Positions 56,958 to 64,000 of a stretch of DNA of 64,000 nucleotides are shown here, one piece after another (the stretch's first letter is position 1; every line of letters starts with the position of its first letter). The DNA lies in assembly GCA_965216565.1 (NCBI GenBank), contig OZ244170.1, positions 2,880,001 to 2,944,000 of the forward strand, in the 5' to 3' direction. The stretch is from Bythopirellula sp. GTDB lineage: Bacteria > Planctomycetota > Planctomycetia > Pirellulales > Lacipirellulaceae. Position numbers and translations under genes: made by a program. The notes below the pieces were generated by a model. That model searched no databases. It was given only the letters and a program-made list of their open reading frames with translations, and had not been told where the DNA came from.

Positions 56958-58010
56958 TTAGTTCTGGTGCGTTACGCTTTGCTGAACACACGCCGCCACT
57001 TCTTCGCACTCTTCCAGCGTCACGTCCAAATGCGTCACCGCGCGGACGCGTTGCGGACCGATGGGTAGCATGCGTACGCCTTGCTCGGCGAGCTCCGCGC
57101 AGAACTGCTTCGCGGTGCCACGGTCTTCGGCAATATCGAAAATGACTATGTTCGTATCGACGGCGTCGTAAGCGAGCTGCAGGCCTTCGGTCTCCGTTAC
57201 CGCTTGGACAATCACCTGTGCCTTGGCGTGATCTTCGGCCAGACGCTTGACGTGGTGCTCCAGGGCATGGAGCGCACCGGCGGCAATGATGCCGGCCTGG
57301 CGCATGCCGCCGCCGAAGAGTTTGCGATGCCGGCGCGCCAGGTGGATCATCTCTTCCGTGCCACAGAGTGCCGAACCGACCGGAGCTCCCAGTCCTTTGC
57401 TGAAACAAATGCTCACCGTGTCGAAATGCTGGGCCCAGCGGTCCGCCGCGATCCCCGAGGCAACCACGGCATTGAACAGGCGGGCACCGTCTAAGTGTCG
57501 GGCGAGACCCTGCCCTGCGGCCCACTGGCAAATCGCTTCGACGCCTTCGTAGGGAAGCACCCGTCCGCCGCCACGGTTGCTGGTATTTTCCAAACAAACG
57601 AGTCGCGTCACGGGGCGGTGAACATCGTCGGGCTGAATTTTGTCTTGCAGTTGTTCCAGATGAATGATTCCGCCGCGTCCCGGGATGGGCTGCATCGACA
57701 AACCCGAGAGCTGGGCATGGCCCGCTTGTTCGTATTGAAGAATATGGCAATTTGCATCGCACAACACCTCGTCGCCGGGTCGGCAATGCACCCGCAAGGC
57801 AATCTGGTTGCTCATGCTGCCCGAGGGCACGAAGATCGCGGCCTGCTTGCCCAGCATCTCCGCCAAACACCGTTCCAACTTCAGCACGGTCGGATCTTCG
57901 CCAAACACGTCATCGCCCACCGGGGCGGCGGCCATGGCTTCGCGCATCGCGTCCGTGGGTCGGGTGACCGTATCGCTGGCTAAATCGATCCTGGGTGGGA
58001 CACCTTTCAA
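56958..58010 (-). CDS. ltaE: Low-specificity L-threonine aldolase
   Basis: SDTVT.PT, VGDDVFGED, SGSMSN, ENTSNRGGG, HLDGARLFNA and CFSKGLGAPVGS; start probably TTG 58010. Confidence 0.9.
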   Translation of the reverse strand: MKGVPPRIDLASDTVTRPTDAMREAMAAAPVGDDVFGEDPTVLKLERCLAEMLGKQAAIFVPSGSMSNQIALRVHCRPGDEVLCDANCHILQYEQAGHAQLSGLSMQPIPGRGGIIHLEQLQDKIQPDDVHRPVTRLVCLENTSNRGGGRVLPYEGVEAICQWAAGQGLARHLDGARLFNAVVASGIAADRWAQHFDTVSICFSKGLGAPVGSALCGTEEMIHLARRHRKLFGGGMRQAGIIAAGALHALEHHVKRLAEDHAKAQVIVQAVTETEGLQLAYDAVDTNIVIFDIAEDRGTAKQFCAELAEQGVRMLPIGPQRVRAVTHLDVTLEECEEVAACVQQSVTHQN

Positions 58011-58143
58011 TTTCTTACCCTCTACGAAACAATGAGGAATAGTCGAGAGACGAGAGCCAAGAGGCGAGAGAAGTTCAACTCGCAAACTCAGGACTCTTGG
58101 CTCTGGACTCTAGACGCTCGCCTCTCAACTCGAAACGCACACC

Positions 58144-59496
58144 ATGACTCTCGCCATCCAACGTATCGACACCTCCACGCCCGAGGCAAGCCAGCAAATC
58201 GAAGAGCTGCGCAAAAAGCTATCTCCCCAGGGAAATGTGGTGAGCGAAGCGGGGCGGCAGAAAACGATCGAGGTCTTTGGAGAACCGCTATCGCCCGTGG
58301 CGGCCGTCGAGCGAATCTGCGGCGAGGTTCGAGAGCAGGGGCTGGAAGCGGTGCTGGAGTACACGCAAAGGCTCGATGGGGCGGAACTCGATGCCGAGTC
58401 GATTCGCGTTTCGCCCGAGGAACTTGCCGCCGCCCACGAGGCAGCCGATGAGGCGTTTCTGGAAACTGTCCGCCGCATTCGCGAGAACGTTCTGCGATTC
58501 CAGCAAGCCATCTTGCACGAGGATGTATCGATCGAGGTGCCCGAGGGGGGCTATCTCCGGCAGCGCTATTTGCCCTTGGAGCGTGTCGGCATCTGTGTGC
58601 CCGGCGGTGCAGCTGCGTATCCTTCGACGGTGCTGATGACCGCCGTACCGGCACAAGCCGCGGGTGTTGATCAATTGGCGGTTGTCGCTCCCCCCACAAA
58701 ATTTGGTTCCTACAATCAAGATCTGCTAGCCACTTGTTACGAGTTGGGCATCGATGAAGTCTATCGCGTCGGTGGCGCTCAGGCAGTGGCCGCGCTCGCC
58801 TTTGGAGTGGAGGGCATTGCCAAGGTCGACAAGATCGTGGGCCCTGGCAACTTGTTTGTGGCCCTTGCCAAAAAGCAGATGTTCGGCACCGTCGACATCG
58901 ATTCGATCGCCGGCCCTAGCGAAGTGATTGTGATTGCCGACGAGAGTTGCCGACCAGACTTCACGGCACTCGATCTCATCGCTCAGGCTGAGCATGCCCC
59001 CGGCTCCAGTATTTTGATCACCTGGAGCGAGTCGCTTCTGGACAAGGTGGCTGCCGAACTGCCAAAGCAGCTTGCCTCGCTGGAACGTGGCGACTTGGCG
59101 CGGCAATCGCTCGAAGAATTCGGCGCGTTGATCTTGGTCGCAGACCGCGATGAAGCAGCGGAGCTGGCCAACCACCTAGCCACCGAGCACCTGCACATCG
59201 CCTGTGACGATGCAGAAGATTTGGTCGCTGCCATTCGTCATGCCGGCGCTGTGTTCGTTGGTCCCTTTAGCCCAGTGGCCCTTGGCGATTACGTGGCGGG
59301 CCCCTCGCATGTACTGCCCACCGGCGCTACGGCGCGTTTTGCCAGTGGATTGTCGTCCAACGATTTCCTCCGTGCCGGCAGCGTCATTCACTTCACTGCC
59401 GAGGGGCTCAAGTCGGTGGCAGACGAAGTGGAGCTGCTCTCCGGCAAAGAACAACTCACCGCCCACGGCAAGAGTGTGACAATCCGACGAATTTAG
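58144..59496 (+). CDS. hisD: Histidinol dehydrogenase
   Basis: VPGGAAAYPS, GGAQAVAALA, GPGN, AGPSE, QAEH, EHL and GDYVAGPSHVLPT. Confidence 0.96.
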   Translation: MTLAIQRIDTSTPEASQQIEELRKKLSPQGNVVSEAGRQKTIEVFGEPLSPVAAVERICGEVREQGLEAVLEYTQRLDGAELDAESIRVSPEELAAAHEAADEAFLETVRRIRENVLRFQQAILHEDVSIEVPEGGYLRQRYLPLERVGICVPGGAAAYPSTVLMTAVPAQAAGVDQLAVVAPPTKFGSYNQDLLATCYELGIDEVYRVGGAQAVAALAFGVEGIAKVDKIVGPGNLFVALAKKQMFGTVDIDSIAGPSEVIVIADESCRPDFTALDLIAQAEHAPGSSILITWSESLLDKVAAELPKQLASLERGDLARQSLEEFGALILVADRDEAAELANHLATEHLHIACDDAEDLVAAIRHAGAVFVGPFSPVALGDYVAGPSHVLPTGATARFASGLSSNDFLRAGSVIHFTAEGLKSVADEVELLSGKEQLTAHGKSVTIRRI

Positions 59497-59595
59497 ATTT
59501 CGATTTAGACAGGATGACGGGATGAAAAGAAAAGTTTATTCCTGTAAATCCTGCAAATCTTGTCATCCTGTCCCTACAAAAAAGCCATCCATTTC

Positions 59596-60645
59596 ATGAA
59601 ATACTTCCGCGAAAACGTCGTCGCCATGCGAGGTTATGTCCCTGGGGAACAGCCGCAGACGGGCGACATCATCAAGCTCAACACCAACGAGAATCCGTAT
59701 CCCTGCTCGCCGAAGGTGAAAGCCGAGATCGGCCGTGCTATTCAAAGAGGCCTGCAGAAGTACCCCGATCCCGCTGCCACGGACTTTCGCAACGCAGCGA
59801 GTAAGTTGCTCAACATTCCTCTCGACTGGATCCTCTGCGGCAACGGCAGCGACGACCTGCTGACGATCATCACCCGGGCGATGGTCTCGCCGGGCGATTC
59901 AATTCGTTTCGCCCAACCCAGCTATGTGCTCTATAAAACCTTGGCCGAGATTCAGGGGGCCAAGTGCGACGTGGTGAGCTATCAGCCCGATTGGTCATTG
60001 GGCGACGGTTTCATCAAGCCGAGCGATTCGCTCCGGCTCGCGTACCTGGCCAATCCCAATAGTCCGTCGGGGACGATCATCCCACCGGATGAAGTCGCGA
60101 GAATCGCGGATGCCCTGCCCTGCCCGCTACTGGTGGACGAAGCCTATGGCGACTTTGCCTCGGTGAATTGTTTGGATCTGGTGGCAACCAGCGAGAAGAT
60201 TATGGTCTCGCGAACGTTGAGCAAGTCCTATTCGCTTGCCGGTTTGCGTTTCGGCTATTTAGTCGCCCAGCCGCAGATCATCGAGCAACTCGCCAAGGTA
60301 AAAGATTCCTACAACTGCGATGCCCTCTCGATTGCCGGTGCCACCGCGGCGCTCGGCGATCAAGATTGGTTCCAGGAGACTCGTACCAACATTCTCAACA
60401 CGCGAGCCTTTCTGCTGGAGAAACTTCGTGGGCTCGGATTCGAATGCGTCGATTCCGAGGCCAACTTCGTGTGGTGCCAGCATCCGCAGCATGCCTCACA
60501 AGAGATTTACGAGTCTCTCAAATCTTCCCAGATTCTCGTCCGCTACATGAACTATCCCGACTGGGGAGATGGCCTACGCATCACGGTGGGCACGGACGAG
60601 CAAATCGAAGTCCTGCTAAATCAACTTGCGAAGCATCTTCAATGA
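59596..60645 (+). CDS. hisC: Histidinol-phosphate aminotransferase
   Basis: KLNTNENPY, YPDP, GNGSD, NPNSPSG, DEAY and RTLSKSYSLAGLRFG. Confidence 0.95.
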   Translation: MKYFRENVVAMRGYVPGEQPQTGDIIKLNTNENPYPCSPKVKAEIGRAIQRGLQKYPDPAATDFRNAASKLLNIPLDWILCGNGSDDLLTIITRAMVSPGDSIRFAQPSYVLYKTLAEIQGAKCDVVSYQPDWSLGDGFIKPSDSLRLAYLANPNSPSGTIIPPDEVARIADALPCPLLVDEAYGDFASVNCLDLVATSEKIMVSRTLSKSYSLAGLRFGYLVAQPQIIEQLAKVKDSYNCDALSIAGATAALGDQDWFQETRTNILNTRAFLLEKLRGLGFECVDSEANFVWCQHPQHASQEIYESLKSSQILVRYMNYPDWGDGLRITVGTDEQIEVLLNQLAKHLQ

Positions 60646-60827
60646 GTGCTAGCAGCACCATCGGGGAAAGCTAGGGAACTCCTGCGGGTCGCGAAAAGGT
60701 CGCTGATTCTCTGCTGGCGGAACGACCGATGCAACCGGTATGAACTGCGCGGATCGATATCTGCGCATTGTTGCGTGCTGATGCAATGATCAGCACGCAT
60801 TCCTGGCTGAAATACCGTGAGCTTACT

Positions 60828-62063
60828 GTGCTAAACGGCCTTCGCATCTTGTTTGTATTCGCACTACTAGGCTGTGTTCTGCAATCAGCTCACGCTGAAG
60901 ATCTGCGAGCGCTGCCGCGGCCCTTGCCGGAAGCGCAAGAGAAAACACTGCCCACCGTTACGCCGGTGAGTTTGATCGAAGAAGATTATTCGCAGCAAGT
61001 GGCGGCCATGCGGGACGACCCGATGCTGTGGCAGCAATATCAGGCCCTGCAAGCTGGTGGCCCGGTCAACCAAACTGGTGGCGGATGTGGCTGTGGGAAT
61101 GCCGGCTACGACCGTTGCGGCTGCAATCCGGAAGTGTTTCCCTGGATCGATGGGCCAGGATCGTGCGATGCCTGGTGCGTCGGCCCACGATGGGCTATTG
61201 AAGCAGATGGGCTTTTTCTGTTCCGCGACGATGCCAATTGGAACGGTGTCGCCGCTGACTTAGGCGTTGTGCCTACCTTAGTCGATCAATTCGATCACGC
61301 CCTCGGCGGGCGGCTGTTTGCCACTGCTTATAACGAATACGGCTACGGACTGCAGATCGGCTACGAGGGAGCCAACGATTGGAACGGTACGTTCCTATTT
61401 GAACCCGATGCCACCAGCGATCGGACGCTGAATTACGAAACACGGCTGAATTCCTTAGAAATCAACTTTCTTCCGAGAGTCCCGTTTCTCTGGAAATTCT
61501 ATTCCGGGTTTCGCTACATCGAAATCGACGAGAACCTCTACGACACAACGGTTGTCGACAAGCCGATCCCTCCCCCGGTGAGTGGCGGAACTGCAGCAGC
61601 TCCCTTTGTGGACAACGGCAACAACTTCCTTCTGGAAAATCGGCTTATTGGTTTCCAGTTGGGCGGGCGGCGAGACAGCTGGCAATTAGGTAGGTGGATA
61701 TCGATCGATACGTTCGCCAACGCGGGCGTCTATTGCAATAAGTTCAAGCGCGATGACGTCACCGTCACCCGCACGACGATCATCACTGGTGAAGATCTCG
61801 ATACCCCGGAACAGGAATTCGACATCACGACGACCGAGGTACAGACCCGCGTCCGCCGAGACTTCGCAGATGTCGCCTTTGCCGGCGAAGCAGGCATCAG
61901 CGCCGTGGCACGCCTCAATCAGTGCCTGTCCCTCCGGGGCGGCTATCAGGTCATGGTTGTCGATGGCATGGGCGAAGCCCTCGATGCGTTTTCGACGCCA
62001 CAACTCGTCACATCTACCGTGCTCTATCACGGACTGCAATTCGGCCTGGAATACCGCAGATAA
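60828..62063 (+). CDS. Planctomycete outer-membrane beta-barrel protein (BBP7-like)
   Basis: Signal peptide, Cys/Gly-rich N-region, GFRY..IDE, N.LIGFQLG, LRGGYQ and terminal HGLQFGLEYRR strand; start uncertain. Confidence 0.72.
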   Translation: MLNGLRILFVFALLGCVLQSAHAEDLRALPRPLPEAQEKTLPTVTPVSLIEEDYSQQVAAMRDDPMLWQQYQALQAGGPVNQTGGGCGCGNAGYDRCGCNPEVFPWIDGPGSCDAWCVGPRWAIEADGLFLFRDDANWNGVAADLGVVPTLVDQFDHALGGRLFATAYNEYGYGLQIGYEGANDWNGTFLFEPDATSDRTLNYETRLNSLEINFLPRVPFLWKFYSGFRYIEIDENLYDTTVVDKPIPPPVSGGTAAAPFVDNGNNFLLENRLIGFQLGGRRDSWQLGRWISIDTFANAGVYCNKFKRDDVTVTRTTIITGEDLDTPEQEFDITTTEVQTRVRRDFADVAFAGEAGISAVARLNQCLSLRGGYQVMVVDGMGEALDAFSTPQLVTSTVLYHGLQFGLEYRR

Positions 62064-62170
62064 TTCGACCCTTCTAGGTCTCTAGGTAGCAATTCTCAGA
62101 CGCAAAGCGCTCTCTCACCTCGCCCCGGCGTGTCGCCTTAGGAGACCCGAGGCCTGCTGAGGGTCTTGCC

Positions 62171-62200
62171 AGATTCCTCGACAGACCTCGGAATGACAGT
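62171..62200 (-). repeat. 30-bp REP-like unit; inverted copy at 35533-35562
   Basis: Reverse complement ACTGTCATTCCGAGGTCTGTCGAGGAATCT vs ACTGTCATTCCGAGGTCCGCCGAGGAATCT, 2 mismatches. Confidence 0.75.
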
Positions 62201-62546
62201 TACCGACGTAGCTGTACTGACGTAGCTGAGTGAATCGATAGAACTCACCATAATTTAGGTTGTCCGATTGGCCGGGTTCCACCGTTTATAGCTCTGGGAA
62301 CTGCTGCGCGCTTGCTCAGCTTGGGGTCGTGCCGATCGTAACGATCGTGATCTATGGCAGCGTTGAGTTTTTGCAACTTCTCTCGTTATTTGGCGTTGCG
62401 TTTACGCATCACGTCCTAAGTTTTTACATACGGCAAATTGCGCCCCCACCCGCCAACTAGCGGCACCCTCCCCCCACCTGAAGCCTCCCCCCTCCCCCAC
62501 TGTGCTAGGAATGCGAATCATGAGCGGCATACTCTCGACGGACCCG

Positions 62547-63689
62547 ATGTTTACCCGGCTCTTACGAATTGCCACTGTTGCCTTACTGGCGACCGTGATC
62601 TGTGCCGCGATGGCTTCGGCTCAATATTGCACGTGCGATGAATGCCATAGCTGCAACTTGAACGTCTGTGGTGGAAATTGCTGCAACGAACTACCTGAGT
62701 TGTGGGTCTTCAACACCCGTTGTGCGCCGAAGTGCTCCAATCTGGATCGAGGGTTGTATTGCATCAATGTTCAACGCTACGACCGTTGCAAATGCCGCTG
62801 GGTGAAAGAGAGCATCGAGACGTTCCTTGCTCAAGAGGCTTCGATGCCGACCATGATTTGGGCTCACGGCAATACGCTAAAGCACAAAGGGGCAATGAAG
62901 CAATGCTGGGAAGTTTATAAGAAAATGCGTTGTTGTCCCGGTAAAAAACGACTGGTTTACTGGTCATGGCCCGCCCAACGCGTCCACAAAATGAAGGGGC
63001 TGAAGTTCAAGGAAATGGTGATGAAGAATCTTCGCACCAAATATGTGTATTCAGAATATCAAGGCTACTACGTCGCCAAGCTGGTCAATCAAATGAGCTT
63101 GTCACAACGCGTGACCATTGCCGGCCACAGCTACGGCGGGATTATCTCCGCTGCCGCGTTGCATTATCTGGGTGGTGGTTGTCTGCGAGGCCTCACTCTC
63201 GAAGGAGGCGCACCGGTTGAGCGTCCCAACCTCCGCGGTGGAATGATCTCGGGCGCATTCGACAACGATGCGATGCTACCGGGTTACCGTTACGGACAAG
63301 CATTTGTCTCTGCAGAAGCGATCTTTATTACTCGCAATATCAAAGATAAGACGCTCAAGAACTGGCATGACGTCTCTTGGCGATGTCGCCCAGCACTGGG
63401 CAAAACCGGCATCAACGCCAACCGACTTGGACAGTATCGCCATAAACTTTGCCAGAAAACGATGACCATCGATGTGGGCAAATCGCATTATCTCAATCCA
63501 CATCTGAAGAGCGTCACTTTTGTCCGGCTTTTATGTTGCCTCGCGTATCCCGAGTGCCAGGGCTGCCAAACCGCCGGGCAGCCGCTGCCTACCGAGGGAG
63601 AGCTAACGCAAAATCCCACGGCCGACGAAGCAGTGAAACAAGAACTGCTCTCTGCGGAACTCGAGCAGGCTTTTCTTGATGCCGCCTGA
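62547..63689 (+). CDS. Secreted Cys-rich alpha/beta hydrolase (DUF900-like)
   Basis: Signal peptide, IWAHGN, WSWP and GHSYG nucleophile elbow; 23 Cys; start uncertain (62520 or 62547). Confidence 0.75.
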   Translation: MFTRLLRIATVALLATVICAAMASAQYCTCDECHSCNLNVCGGNCCNELPELWVFNTRCAPKCSNLDRGLYCINVQRYDRCKCRWVKESIETFLAQEASMPTMIWAHGNTLKHKGAMKQCWEVYKKMRCCPGKKRLVYWSWPAQRVHKMKGLKFKEMVMKNLRTKYVYSEYQGYYVAKLVNQMSLSQRVTIAGHSYGGIISAAALHYLGGGCLRGLTLEGGAPVERPNLRGGMISGAFDNDAMLPGYRYGQAFVSAEAIFITRNIKDKTLKNWHDVSWRCRPALGKTGINANRLGQYRHKLCQKTMTIDVGKSHYLNPHLKSVTFVRLLCCLAYPECQGCQTAGQPLPTEGELTQNPTADEAVKQELLSAELEQAFLDAA

Positions 63690-63737
63690 AAGGGTGAATA
63701 TTTGGTGTCCAAAGAGAAAACGGCAAAGTTAGTTAGT

Positions 63738-63926
63738 TTGGCCGAAGGCCTTCTTCATCGTAGCCTAGGGCATCGCCCTAGGAACGTTAGCTAGATGCGA
63801 CAATCTTTTGGCTGAAGGCCATACTCACCTTACCAAGAAGATGAATTAGGCTTTCAGCCAATGAATCTTCTCACCTCATCTCCTAGGGCGATGCCCTAGG
63901 CTACGGTGAACTTGGCCACCGGCCAA
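63738..63926. repeat. Compound REPIN with nested inverted repeats
   Basis: CGTAGCCTAGGGCATCGCCCTAGGA (63759-63783) / exact reverse complement (63881-63905); inner TTGGCTGAAGGCC / GGCTTTCAGCCAA; outer TTGGCCG / CGGCCAA. Confidence 0.85.
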
Positions 63927-63965
63927 GATACTATAAGCAGTTTCAATAATCAAAAAAATCTCATG

Positions 63966-63990
63966 TGAGCCGATGGCGCTAGCCGCGGGT
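63966..63990 (+). repeat. REP unit of the TGAGCCGACGGCGCTAGCCGCGGGT family
   Basis: One mismatch to 23908-23932; any partner arm would lie beyond the window. Confidence 0.8.
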
Positions 63991-64000
63991 AGCGTTAGGC

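Noticed and set aside
56806..57870. 354-aa alternative-frame ORF overlapping ltaE
   Set aside because: Arg/Pro-rich low-complexity translation typical of GC-rich off-frames.

Overview
A GC-rich bacterial chromosome segment. Gene content and style point to a planctomycete, probably Pirellulales (inference from a BBP7-like beta-barrel, prenyltransferase-repeat proteins, an N-terminal Zn-finger/Pro-rich/secretin-N-like protein and an EF-G2). Most of the window is housekeeping: cobA-hemD, rpsT, pyrK, an RluB-type pseudouridine synthase, purB, manA, tatC, cysE, EF-G2, hisA/H/D/C, aroK, aroD-aroE, aroF, mutL, an NtrB/NtrC-type pair, pnp, rpsO, lemA, a fatty-acid desaturase, comEC, an S9 peptidase, gdhA and ltaE. 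It also carries two RelE/ParE-type toxin-antitoxin pairs and many short intergenic palindromic elements from several families. I saw no rRNA, tRNA, CRISPR array or transposase. The most notable signals are two short leader ORFs below the ORF-track cutoff. (1) A 27-aa Phe/Trp/Tyr-rich peptide (49905-49988) with a promoter, alternative hairpins and an intrinsic terminator lies directly upstream of DAHP synthase aroF, the layout of a classic attenuator that could sense all three aromatic amino acids. (2) A 15-aa Cys-x-Cys-x-Cys peptide (20947-20994, minus strand) with an overlapping hairpin lies upstream of serine acetyltransferase cysE. Both suggest ribosome-mediated amino-acid attenuation, which I am not aware of being described in planctomycetes. 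All calls come from reading the sequence; no searches were run.
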